A DNA stretch of 42,010 bases, taken from Candidatus Hermodarchaeota archaeon (lineage in GTDB: Archaea > Asgardarchaeota > Lokiarchaeia > Sigyniarchaeales > SOKP01). The first letter of the stretch is position 1. The number at the start of each line of letters is the position of its first letter. The stretch covers positions 1-42,010 of the forward strand of contig JBHLLP010000031.1 in assembly GCA_048885525.1 (NCBI GenBank), written 5' to 3'. Under the pieces are notes generated by a model. It was not told the origin of the DNA, did no database searches, and saw nothing but the letters and a program-made list of their open reading frames with translations. Both the position numbers and the translations under genes were made by a program. Below, piece by piece: positions 8,875 to 18,570 of the stretch.

Positions 8875-8923
8875 ATAAATTCATAAAAAAATGCGAAAGT
8901 TAAGTAAGAAAAAGTGAAAAAAT

Positions 8924-9781
8924 ATGGATATTAAAAAATTAGATTTTAAATCGATTTATTTTGATCTGTATGAACTAAGCCCCGGAATTTATACAGCTAT
9001 AAGCGCTGAGAAATTACCATCATCAAATGCGGGTTTTTTTGATCTTGGTAATTACTTAGTCATTTTTGATACAATTATGGATCCTTATGCAACAGATGAC
9101 CTCATTAAAGCTTCTAAGCAATTTACAGGTAAAAATCCTTCATTCATTATAAATAGCCATTATCATATGGATCATTTATTTGGTAATCGTAAGTTTCCAA
9201 TAGAAATACCTATCATTAGTAGTCCAGAAACCTTGTCTACTTATTGGAATAATTTGGATGAGACGCTTAAACGTTTTAAAGGAATTGCGACTGAAGAATT
9301 GAAAAGGATAAGAGAAGATATTAAGAAAGAAACTAATCCCGATAAGATCCTTGAAATGAACAATGATATTAATACATATAATGATATTCTAGATCTTAAC
9401 TTTACGTTAAGACCTCCAGATTTCATTATAAATGATTCTTTTACAATAGTAGGAACCAATAACAAAGTTCAGATAATCTATATAGGAGATGCTCATACAA
9501 CCGGAGATATTATTGCTTACTTTGAAAAAGAAAAAATTTGTTTTATGGGAGATTTATTATTCGAAGAAACAGATCCTAATTGGGCTACTACAACTGATCC
9601 TGCTCCTGTTCCTGCTAATCCTCAACGACTTCATGATACTCTAATTGAATATATGGAGAAAGAAATTGATGTCTATATTCCAGGACATGGAAAAATCTGC
9701 TCAAAAAAGATTCTTCAAGAAAATGCTGAATTTTTCGAAAAATATTTCATTAAAAAAGAACTGACAAAAACAGTAGCATAG
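8924..9781 (+). CDS. MBL-fold metallo-hydrolase
   Basis: SHYHMDHLFGN (HxHxDH), AHTTGD, FMGDL and IPGHG motifs. Confidence 0.9.
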   Translation: MDIKKLDFKSIYFDLYELSPGIYTAISAEKLPSSNAGFFDLGNYLVIFDTIMDPYATDDLIKASKQFTGKNPSFIINSHYHMDHLFGNRKFPIEIPIISSPETLSTYWNNLDETLKRFKGIATEELKRIREDIKKETNPDKILEMNNDINTYNDILDLNFTLRPPDFIINDSFTIVGTNNKVQIIYIGDAHTTGDIIAYFEKEKICFMGDLLFEETDPNWATTTDPAPVPANPQRLHDTLIEYMEKEIDVYIPGHGKICSKKILQENAEFFEKYFIKKELTKTVA

Positions 9782-9974
9782 AGATTGTAAGAATTTAAAT
9801 TAATTTTGAAAATCTCTTTTTTTTTTAACATTAACGTTAAAGAGTTCCTTATTTACTCCACTAAAATTCAACTTCTTTTTATATTTGAATAAAGATTATT
9901 CATAAAAGAGATTTAATTTGAATTGTTTTTAGATTCACGATTTATTGAAAAAAAAGATGAAAGTTTTCTGAAAT

Positions 9975-10238
9975 ATGTTTTCAAACCGAAATCTTCATTT
10001 AACAAGGAAATACTACAAAAAAGAGGTTTTTTTACTTTCAAAACTCGTAGCAGATTTATTTAAAAGTAAAAATTCACGTGTTTGTTTTAAAAATATTTCG
10101 AGTTTGATAATCTTAATCTTAAATATTTATAATGAAAAATTTCCATTAGATAAGTATTCAAAAAAGGAAAAAAACGCTCTAAATCGATTTAATTCAGATT
10201 ATAAACAAATTTTGAAAGAAGATTTTCTAAATGGTTAG
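9975..10238 (+). CDS. Divergent 'YSG' small-domain paralog
   Basis: ISSLIILILNIYNEKFPLDKYSKKEKNALNRFNSDYKQILKEDFLNG aligns gap-free with the other two copies. Start uncertain. Confidence 0.5.
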   Translation: MFSNRNLHLTRKYYKKEVFLLSKLVADLFKSKNSRVCFKNISSLIILILNIYNEKFPLDKYSKKEKNALNRFNSDYKQILKEDFLNG

Positions 10239-10337
10239 ATGGAATTCTTTGTTTTATCACTAAATTTGTCGGGTCTTTTAGTTTAAATTATTTAATTTTT
10301 ATAGGGTGATTAAAGAGAAATCAATGTGAGATGAAAA

Positions 10338-10559
10338 GTGGGGTTAGAAGTATTAAATAGAGAAACTCATGAAATTATGAGTGAAATAATAGTTTATGAA
10401 GATTTATCAAATATTTCAAATTTAATTATACCTTTTTCAATTATATTTAAATCAGATACTCCATCAGATATTTATTCTGGGGAGGAACGTATACCATTTG
10501 AGGAAAAAAATCCAGAGTTTAAGCAAATTCTGATATCTGAGTTTTTAATGGATTATTAG
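10338..10559 (+). CDS. 'YSG' small-domain protein, hypothetical
   Basis: ISNLIIPFSIIFKSDTPSDIYSGEERIPFEEKNPEFKQILISEFLMDY; paralog of 4684..4974. Confidence 0.7.
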   Translation: MGLEVLNRETHEIMSEIIVYEDLSNISNLIIPFSIIFKSDTPSDIYSGEERIPFEEKNPEFKQILISEFLMDY

Positions 10560-10694
10560 AACTAAATAAATAATCTACATATCAAGAAAATTTTTTTATT
10601 TAATTTTAATAAGAAATTCAAATTTTATATATTAATTAATATAACATAAATCCATATATCTCTAAAATTTAGTTAATAAAAAAAATGGATAATC

Positions 10695-11330
10695 ATGGAG
10701 AAATTAGATAAATTATTTGAAAAATTTCATACAAGTTATTTTGGGTTTATAGGGATTGCGATTTTTCTTGTTGGAATCATCCCAGCAATGGTAGTTCATA
10801 GTAATTTTAATTTAACTACTACTTATATAAGTGATCTAGCTGTACCAGCATGGAATGAACTTGCTATTTTTTTTAGCGTTTGTTGGTTTATAACAGGGCT
10901 TTTTATGATACTGTTTATATTGGGATTTACTCGATATTTACAAGAGAAGGGAGCTTCTACAAAAAGTACAAATATTGCAGGTCTTTTAGGTGTTATCTCG
11001 GCTATTGGAATCTTAATGCTAGCATTATTCAATACGAGGGATTTTGATGCTTTACACGATATTGCCCAATATGTATTCTTCTTTCCTGGTATATTATATT
11101 TATTTAGTTACGCCTATCTTGAACATAAACTTGAAGAATTTCCACTTTGGCAAGCTTTATTTAATGTCATTGTAGCATTTTTCTTTATATTATACTTGGT
11201 ACTCTTTATTATTAACAGGGTTGAAGAAACTTTATTTATTGAAGCTAAAGCCGTTGCTGAGTGGTTATTTCTTTTCGCAAATCTATTCTGGTTTGTAGAA
11301 ACAGGTGCTTTTATCTTAAAGAAGAAATAA
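10695..11330 (+). CDS. DUF998/Frag1-like multi-TM membrane protein
   Basis: YISDL motif after TM1, LHDIAQYVFF and EWL near the end; about 6 TM. Confidence 0.65.
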   Translation: MEKLDKLFEKFHTSYFGFIGIAIFLVGIIPAMVVHSNFNLTTTYISDLAVPAWNELAIFFSVCWFITGLFMILFILGFTRYLQEKGASTKSTNIAGLLGVISAIGILMLALFNTRDFDALHDIAQYVFFFPGILYLFSYAYLEHKLEEFPLWQALFNVIVAFFFILYLVLFIINRVEETLFIEAKAVAEWLFLFANLFWFVETGAFILKKK

Positions 11331-11336
11331 GAATCA

Positions 11337-11355
11337 TTTTTTTTTACTTTTTTTT
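11337..11355 (+). terminator. Oligo-T archaeal terminator between convergent genes
   Basis: Long T runs directly after the 10695..11330 stop. Similar runs follow the stops at 6385, 9781, 14707, 27918 and 38458. Confidence 0.5.
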
Positions 11356-11671
11356 AATACTTTCTTAAAGGTATAGTCATATTTGGGATTATAAAGACAT
11401 TTTGACACATAGGGCATGCATTATATTTTAAAAGCCAAGATGATACACAACTTGAGTGATAGACACTTTCACAAAAAGAGCATTTAATTGTTTTATGTCT
11501 ATTTAGATCAACAATTTTATGACATATTGTGCATTGAACTTCATGTGTCAGTCTTTCTTTCTTATTTTTTAAATTTCTACCACAAAAGCAACAAAAATTT
11601 GTTGTAATCTTACTATATTTGGGTAATCTCTTCCCACAATAAGGACAAAAATTGATGATTTTTTCAGACAT
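11354..11671 (-). CDS. Zinc-ribbon plus C4HC3 RING-variant protein (putative E3 ligase)
   Basis: CPYC...CCFC ribbon, then CTIC-x13-CSFC-x4-H-x2-C-x3-W-x6-CPMC. Confidence 0.75.
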   Translation of the reverse strand: MSEKIINFCPYCGKRLPKYSKITTNFCCFCGRNLKNKKERLTHEVQCTICHKIVDLNRHKTIKCSFCESVYHSSCVSSWLLKYNACPMCQNVFIIPNMTIPLRKY

Positions 11672-11768
11672 AATTTTTTCACTATGATTAGACTTATAAT
11701 TTCTAATAACCTAAAATAAAAAACCATAATAAAATGATCTTTAGTCCATTTTTTAAACCATCTTTCTT

Positions 11769-13043
11769 TTATTCATGAAAATATTTTGTTAAGATCCAGA
11801 TTTCAAATAAAATCCCTATGAACGTAATAATAAAAGGAGTTAAATAACTAAAACTTTCAATGAGAATTGCTCCAATAATGCCTGTAGGTAAATATCCAAT
11901 TCCTTGAAGAAAGCCCAAGATCCCATAAGATTCTGCTTTTCTGGTTTCATCCAAATCAGTTATGATCATCTGCTGAGCACCTATGAATGTGGAAGTACAT
12001 AAACCACGCAAAATAGCACCGATACTGAGGAAGGGGATTAAAAATATTCCAATTCCATTTGACCAGAGTATAAAAGCTAAAATGAGAATTGAGAAGAAGC
12101 TTAAACCAAAAAGTTCACTTATAATTAGAGTTCGCTTTTTCCCAATTTTATCTGCAAGATGTCCTCCAGGAATTTGAAAGACAATACTAGAAATGCTAAA
12201 GCTAATTGATACGAGAGCTAACTGTTCATATGTTAAATTGTATTGAGATCTTAATCCCGCATTATAAATTGATAGGGAAATGTTATATACTAATACATCT
12301 AATGTGAAAAAAATAATCACTGCTCTATTTTTAGGATTCAAAAAAATATTATGCCACAATTTTTTTCTATTATGAGGATTTCTATGAGTTGGATTTGTTT
12401 TTTCATTATTCAATGGATTAGAGATACAAAAAATTGTAATGAGGAAATTAATTAAACTAAAAATTATATAAATCACGAAATAGATACGAATTTCTTTTAC
12501 TATATCAAGCATTACAAAAAAATGGCCACAAACGTTTCCAACATTTATACCAAAAAACATTAAGCCAAACATTAAACCCTTTCTTGATATCCTACTACTT
12601 TCAGAAATAAATATTACATAACTAATCTCTCCTATAATTGCGCTTATATAATAAAAACAAATTCCCATAACTAAAGATGTAAGATTGTTGGCAAAAATTA
12701 GAAGAAATAGGCCTAAAGTTGCTAAAGGTACATCTAATAACCATATCTTTTTACGATTGAAGTGATCAGACAATTTTCCAACCCATGGTCTGGGAAAAAA
12801 CATTATTATCCCTCCGATGGTTATTAGAATTCCTGTAATAAAGAGCGATCCTGTAACTGCCAATAAGAACGGTTGATAAACTAGAAAAAATGGACTTGAA
12901 CTAAAACCATAGATTACTGCTATAAAAAATAAAGCCCAGAGATTCCTATGCATTAATTTTTCTTTTTCTTGAATATCTTTAACTACATTCGGAACTTTAA
13001 TAATCCTTTCTGGTTCATCATGAATTTTCACGTGATTCACCAA
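11769..13043 (-). CDS. MFS transporter
   Basis: Motif A copies GKLSDHFNRK and GHLADKIGKK; about 12 TM. Confidence 0.9.
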   Translation of the reverse strand: MVNHVKIHDEPERIIKVPNVVKDIQEKEKLMHRNLWALFFIAVIYGFSSSPFFLVYQPFLLAVTGSLFITGILITIGGIIMFFPRPWVGKLSDHFNRKKIWLLDVPLATLGLFLLIFANNLTSLVMGICFYYISAIIGEISYVIFISESSRISRKGLMFGLMFFGINVGNVCGHFFVMLDIVKEIRIYFVIYIIFSLINFLITIFCISNPLNNEKTNPTHRNPHNRKKLWHNIFLNPKNRAVIIFFTLDVLVYNISLSIYNAGLRSQYNLTYEQLALVSISFSISSIVFQIPGGHLADKIGKKRTLIISELFGLSFFSILILAFILWSNGIGIFLIPFLSIGAILRGLCTSTFIGAQQMIITDLDETRKAESYGILGFLQGIGYLPTGIIGAILIESFSYLTPFIITFIGILFEIWILTKYFHE

Positions 13044-13444
13044 ATTTTTCTTAATAATAATTTTAAATTCTTACTTTGATTCTCCCAAAATTGATCTAAT
13101 AGAGCCTAACTACCCTGGCTACTTATACTGAAATTCTTACTTCTCTACTTCTGGAAATTCGACTTATAGCAAATTATCATATATTTTTGAAGTAAGTATA
13201 TGTATAGAATGTATAACAATGGTCATAGCAATAATCTATAATTATAATGGCTAAAATTAGTACTTAGAAAAAAAGTTTAATTCAAAAATGATAATTGCTA
13301 ATGACTTAATCCATATTTAATCACTATACATATTAGCACATCTTAAATATTTAAATTTTTTGGTTTGAATTGGATTTTTTAAGAAGAAAATATAAATTAA
13401 TAGTAATTAGATCTTGCTTAAATTTTAACAGGATTGTTGAGTTA

Positions 13445-14233
13445 TTATTTGTGTTTCTTTATAAATTCTTTCAATGGATTTGTGTATTCTTCTCTAAAAG
13501 AGAATATATTATTATGACCAGCACCTTCAATAAGTATTAACTTTTTTTCAACTCCTTCTGGAATATTGTCAAAGATCAGTTTTCCTTCATCACAAGGAAT
13601 GATCCAATCTTGAGTACCATGAATAATCAAAACCGGTTTTTGAAGTTTTCTAATTCTTGTATCATTTGAATATTTACTCAATTCTTCTGGGGTAATTCCA
13701 GGTCCTCTTACTCTAAAGAGCGTTGTCATCATATTATACATACTTGCAAATCCACTTTCAAAAATGATACCTCGTAAGCTATTTGGATTATGTGATCCGA
13801 TTTCTGAAGCACAAACACTACCAAGTGAACGTCCCAAAAGAAATAAAGAGTCCTTTAAATGATTTTCATTCATCCAATTATAAAATTCATTGTAAACTGG
13901 TAGAGCATCAGAGATCAAACTGCTATATATTGGTGTTCCAGAACTGAATCCATAGCCGCGAAAATCAATGACAGCTAAATTTACTCCACAATCAAAATAA
14001 AAGTCTAAAAAGTATTGATAATCAGCAGCAATTTCACCATTTCCATGAAATAATAATATTGTTGGAAGACTTGAATCGTTTAAATAGAAAAACCCTCCAA
14101 TCAAGATATTTTCATTAATTTTAAATTTTAATACTTTAATATTTGGATCTAAGAGAGTTGGTTCAGGAATTTTTCGAGGATAAAAAACAATATTAGAAAC
14201 TGCTGGATTATCGATAAAGGATTTTTTTACCAT
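13445..14233 (-). CDS. Alpha/beta hydrolase (ABHD13/BEM46-like)
   Basis: FHGNGE, DFRGYGFS, GRSLG nucleophile, IIHGTQD and GAGHN. Confidence 0.9.
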   Translation of the reverse strand: MVKKSFIDNPAVSNIVFYPRKIPEPTLLDPNIKVLKFKINENILIGGFFYLNDSSLPTILLFHGNGEIAADYQYFLDFYFDCGVNLAVIDFRGYGFSSGTPIYSSLISDALPVYNEFYNWMNENHLKDSLFLLGRSLGSVCASEIGSHNPNSLRGIIFESGFASMYNMMTTLFRVRGPGITPEELSKYSNDTRIRKLQKPVLIIHGTQDWIIPCDEGKLIFDNIPEGVEKKLILIEGAGHNNIFSFREEYTNPLKEFIKKHK

Positions 14234-14398
14234 ATTAGAAAATTTCTTTTTTATCTTTAAAAAATTGGTCTAATGCTTTTATTTTTTATTGAATTTTTTT
14301 TTTTAACAAAAATGATAAATTTTAAATAAAATTAACATAAGGATCTAATTACCTTAAAATCCAATTTTAAAAGAAATGTAAAGAGGTAATAATTAATT

Positions 14399-14707
14399 AT
14401 GGGAATTTTTATGGTAACTATTTGGGTTCCTAACCATAAAGGAGTTGAAATGGCAAAATTATATTTGAAACAACCAAGAGAAATACCTTTTGTGACAAAA
14501 TGGCGCGTTTTTAATACAACAGGAGGATTAGATGGTGCTAAACAATATCATATATTTTATACAGAAAGGGGAAAAGCCGAAGAAGCGGGAGAGGGGATTT
14601 TAAAATATTTTATGCCATTTTCTAATGAAATTGAAGGATTCCGCTGGCAGGTTGAGAGTCTAGTAGGAGTATCCGATACCTATAAAATGCTTGGGATGAA
14701 ATGGTAA
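14399..14707 (+). CDS. Hypothetical protein
   Basis: Clean 102-aa ORF with SD-like GAGGT upstream and poly-T downstream. Confidence 0.7.
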   Translation: MGIFMVTIWVPNHKGVEMAKLYLKQPREIPFVTKWRVFNTTGGLDGAKQYHIFYTERGKAEEAGEGILKYFMPFSNEIEGFRWQVESLVGVSDTYKMLGMKW

Positions 14708-14755
14708 TCAAATTCAATTATTAATATTTTTTTTTTTTGAAGAATTAAACAAAAT

Positions 14756-15313
14756 CTATTTTTTAGATATCCTTTTCTTATATAATGTTATTAGAATTAC
14801 ATTATTTATCAAAAATGATATAAGAAATAAATTGAGTGAAGAGCTAATTGTAGATTGTAATTCTCCATTTTGATTAGTACAGACATCATAACCCTGAGAA
14901 ATCCAAGCTAGAATACCTCCAAGCATATTAAAAACTTTCGTAAAATTGTAAGATACGAGGATAACACTTGCTTCTGCGCTTCTACTTCCACTTCTACAGT
15001 AAACAATTATCTCAGTGTCTTTAAAAGGCTGAAGTTCACTTATTCTCGATTCAAGGTCTCCTAGTGGTATTAGAGTAGCATTACATATATGATTGGAATT
15101 ATATTCCTCTTGAGTTCTAACATCTAATATGATTAAGTCAGGATAAAAAGTAGAATTGCTCATCATATTAAAAGCTTCATCAGGAAGAATGTTGGTATAC
15201 GAATTTCCTCTCGTGAAAATTACAAAGTTTTGAAATGAAAACAACAATGTAATAAATAGAAGCATAAATTGGATTATAAAACCTATTGATCTAATTCTTT
15301 TTAATAACTTCAT
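14756..15313 (-). CDS. Membrane-anchored rhodanese-domain protein
   Basis: ILDVRTQEEY, active loop CRSGSRS and MLGGILAW; hydrophobic N- and C-terminal segments. Confidence 0.85.
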   Translation of the reverse strand: MKLLKRIRSIGFIIQFMLLFITLLFSFQNFVIFTRGNSYTNILPDEAFNMMSNSTFYPDLIILDVRTQEEYNSNHICNATLIPLGDLESRISELQPFKDTEIIVYCRSGSRSAEASVILVSYNFTKVFNMLGGILAWISQGYDVCTNQNGELQSTISSSLNLFLISFLINNVILITLYKKRISKK

Positions 15314-15345
15314 TTTAATGATAAAAATTATTAAATCTGGTACAA

Positions 15346-16092
15346 TTATTTTGCTTTTCCTTGACTCGCAACAGCTGCTATTGCTTTCTCAATTGCTTCT
15401 TGGTCCCCTAGATAATAATGAGTAATTGGCTTTAAATCATCATCTAACTCGTATATTAGAGGTACACCAGTGGGGATATTCAAACGAACTACCTCCTCAT
15501 CAGGCATATTATCAAGATATTTAACAAGTGCTCTTAGACTATTTCCATGAGCTGAAATCAAGACTCTTTTACCAGATTTTATAGTAGGAACAATTATTTC
15601 ATGCCAGTATGGTAATACTCTTGCAACTGTATCTTTCAAACATTCGGTCAAAGGAAGCTCATCAGCTGTTAAGCTCTTATATTTTTCCTCATTTCCAGGA
15701 TATCGTGGATCACTTGTTTTAAGAGGAGGGGGCGGCACATCGTAACTCCTTCTCCAAATAAGAACTTGTTCTTCTCCAACTTCTCTAGCCATTTCAGATT
15801 TTGAATAGCCTTGTAACGCACCATAATGTCTTTCATTTAACCGCCAAGAACGATAAACTGGAATCCACATTAAGTCCATCTTGTCTAAAACAATCCAAAG
15901 AGTTCGAATTCCCCTTTTAAGTACAGAAGTATATGCTATATCAAAACTATATCCTCCCTCTTTCAATAATTTAGCTGACTCAATCGCCTCTTGAACCCCT
16001 TTCTCTGAAAGATCAACATCAGTCCAACCTGTGAACTTATTTTCCTTATTCCATGTACTTTCTCCATGCCTTAGAAGCACTACTTTATACAT
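15346..16092 (-). CDS. gpmA: 2,3-bisphosphoglycerate-dependent phosphoglycerate mutase
   Basis: [54 protein letters not shown] and LNIPTG. Likely start at ATG 16092. Confidence 0.95.
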   Translation of the reverse strand: MYKVVLLRHGESTWNKENKFTGWTDVDLSEKGVQEAIESAKLLKEGGYSFDIAYTSVLKRGIRTLWIVLDKMDLMWIPVYRSWRLNERHYGALQGYSKSEMAREVGEEQVLIWRRSYDVPPPPLKTSDPRYPGNEEKYKSLTADELPLTECLKDTVARVLPYWHEIIVPTIKSGKRVLISAHGNSLRALVKYLDNMPDEEVVRLNIPTGVPLIYELDDDLKPITHYYLGDQEAIEKAIAAVASQGKAK

Positions 16093-16284
16093 TCCAAATC
16101 GTCTTCTCAATAAATAATGAAAGTGTTATGTAATTATTTTAAAACTTAATATATATCTCTTTACTTTTTGACTCATAAATTTATGCAATTTCTATTGGTT
16201 GTAGAGGAAGGTATAAATAAATCTTTAAAAAATATTAAATTACACATATCTAATTTTATAGATTATAATTAGGTAAGTTAAATT

Positions 16285-17655
16285 ATGTCCGAAAATAATA
16301 GAATTCGAACCTATTCTTTAAAAGATAAGTTGATTTGGGGTATAGCACAATTTGGTACTTCAATAATTCAAGGGGTATTCGCTACTACTACAGTTATATT
16401 TTATCATGTCTATTTAGCATTGGATCCTTTTTATATCGGTATTGCAGCTACCATATATGCTATTTGGAATGCATTAAATGATCCGATTTTTGGGTATATC
16501 TCTGATAGAACGCGATCAAAGCTAGGACGTCGAATTCCTTTTATGAGGTTTACTGCTCCTTTTCTTGCTATAACATTTATTATATTTTGGCTAGTACCTA
16601 TAAATTTGCCTGATTTTTCCACCTTTTTATGGATGTTAATTTTAATGTCATTGTATGACACATGTTTTACAATTATTGGGTTAGTATATGCAGCTTTATT
16701 GCCAGAACTTTCAGAAGAAGATCAAGTTAGAGGACAATTACAACAATTCTCATCTTTATTTTACTTAATAGGAGTAATTTTCGGGTTTTTCATTCCTGAG
16801 ATTGTTAGACCTGAAGTTGGGGAGACCAATCTAACTACCTTTTATGTTGGTATGGTATTAGTTGGTATTATTGGAGCAGCATGTATAGTTATAACAACAT
16901 ATAGATTTAAGGAACGTCCAGAATTCACCGTTGTAGACAAACCTTTAGGGCTCAAAGCCTCAATTAAATACACCTTTAAAAGTAAAGCATTTTTGATAGT
17001 GACAGCAGCCAATTTTATGTCTATCTTATTTCAACAAATTCTTTTAAGCTATATGTTCTATTTAGCTGATTATGTAATGGAAGTATCAACTCTTATTTTA
17101 TTAGCTGCTTTAATTCTTGGACTAATAGTTGGCGTATTTTTTACGAATACACTTTCTAAAAAATTTGGAGTTGTTCACGCAAATCAAATCCATTTAGGTT
17201 TTGGAGCGATATTTCTGATACTTCTACCGTTTGTACCAGAATTTTTAATTTATCTATGCTTATTTATCGGAGGAATGGGATTAGCAGGACCATTAGTATT
17301 AACCAACGTTCTTTACGGTCAAATTGCTGATGAGGATGAAATAAAATCTGGAGTTCGAAGAGAGGCAGCATTTTTTGGCACAAATGCAATGCTCACTAAA
17401 CCTGCTCAATCTGTTGCTATTGCAATAGGTCCCTGGTTATTAGCTATAGCTGGATTTTTAACAGAGCAAGTTTCTCAGAGCCTTCGGGTTCAGATCATGA
17501 TAAAAATTATTATAGGGTTAATACCAGGTGTCGCAATGCTAATAGGTGTTATGATTCTTTTATGGTACCCCCTTACAGGAGATTATTTAGAAGAAGTTCA
17601 AAGAAAAGTTTTAGAAATGCATGCTGATAAACATGCAAAGCTAGAAAATACTTAA
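16285..17655 (+). CDS. GPH/MelB-like (MFS_2) sugar:cation symporter
   Basis: WNALNDPIFGYISDRTRSKLGRRIPF and IADEDEIKSGVRREAAFFG. Confidence 0.9.
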   Translation: MSENNRIRTYSLKDKLIWGIAQFGTSIIQGVFATTTVIFYHVYLALDPFYIGIAATIYAIWNALNDPIFGYISDRTRSKLGRRIPFMRFTAPFLAITFIIFWLVPINLPDFSTFLWMLILMSLYDTCFTIIGLVYAALLPELSEEDQVRGQLQQFSSLFYLIGVIFGFFIPEIVRPEVGETNLTTFYVGMVLVGIIGAACIVITTYRFKERPEFTVVDKPLGLKASIKYTFKSKAFLIVTAANFMSILFQQILLSYMFYLADYVMEVSTLILLAALILGLIVGVFFTNTLSKKFGVVHANQIHLGFGAIFLILLPFVPEFLIYLCLFIGGMGLAGPLVLTNVLYGQIADEDEIKSGVRREAAFFGTNAMLTKPAQSVAIAIGPWLLAIAGFLTEQVSQSLRVQIMIKIIIGLIPGVAMLIGVMILLWYPLTGDYLEEVQRKVLEMHADKHAKLENT

Positions 17656-17670
17656 ATTTTAATTCAACTT

Positions 17671-18570
17671 TTAATTTTTTTCTTTATTATTATTGTTTGA
17701 AAATTGATTTACATCAAATTTAATTCTCTCACCTGTATCTACCAACCTTCTCATTGGCTGTTTCTTAGTTTCTTCAATCGCATTTTGAGTAGGCTGATAT
17801 CTTTCAGCAGGATTTCCAATATAAATCCAGTTTGGGTCTAAAATTTGATTAATATGGGTAACCGTCCATACTCCTAAAGTTGCTCCCTTTCCAATTATTG
17901 TACCAGGGGAAACAATCGAATTTGCTCCTAAAACTACATGATCACCGACTATAACTTTTTTTAATAAAAAGTAATCAATATTCTCTATTCTAATAATAGT
18001 ACTCGAAAAAATTTGAGCGCCTTGTCCAATCATAATATTATTCCCATATTCAATAAATTCAACATCGCTCCAGCCATCAAACATAGTACTTTTAAAATCT
18101 GCGTTAATGTCACACATCTTAAAAGCAAAATTGTTAACCCATGGAAAACAGAAATTATTCCATATTAAGAAAATGAATTTTTTCACAACTACTCTCAGGC
18201 AGAAATAGGAATAGTCGTTATTCTTTTGGTCAATTTTGAAGAGACCCTCCTTTGGTTTATGAATTAATTTTAGTATAACTAAACATAATTTACCTAATAG
18301 CAAACTAATAAGAATATAGGATCCCCACCATGCTAAAATATCTATAAAGAACAACAATATTCTCCAATTAAAGAGATTTGAATCCATGGCAAAACTAAAA
18401 AAAGTTAGTATCATTACTGTAGGCATTACTATTGAAAGAATATGTAATATTAAATAAAGTAAAGAAGCAGAAAAAGTCCATTTAAATGCATTTGTTGTTA
18501 GAGGGATTTTTGTAATATCAATAGAATAATTATCAATCTTATTGACTGAAATTTCACTATTCTCCGTCAT
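17671..18570 (-). CDS. Membrane protein with one left-handed beta-helix (hexapeptide) acyltransferase-like domain
   Basis: Two TM helices, KPKEG linker, IEYGNNIMIGQGA...VIVGDHVVLGANSIVSPGTIIGKGATLG...YIGNPA. SD GGAGGTGA lies 2 nt before ATG 18570, inside the upstream gene. Confidence 0.85.
   Translation of the reverse strand: MTENSEISVNKIDNYSIDITKIPLTTNAFKWTFSASLLYLILHILSIVMPTVMILTFFSFAMDSNLFNWRILLFFIDILAWWGSYILISLLLGKLCLVILKLIHKPKEGLFKIDQKNNDYSYFCLRVVVKKFIFLIWNNFCFPWVNNFAFKMCDINADFKSTMFDGWSDVEFIEYGNNIMIGQGAQIFSSTIIRIENIDYFLLKKVIVGDHVVLGANSIVSPGTIIGKGATLGVWTVTHINQILDPNWIYIGNPAERYQPTQNAIEETKKQPMRRLVDTGERIKFDVNQFSNNNNKEKN

Noticed and set aside
13080-13330. Possible ncRNA or gene remnant in the intergenic region (short AGCC...GGCT stem)
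   Set aside because: The stem is only about 4 bp and there is no sustained ORF or recognisable RNA motif.
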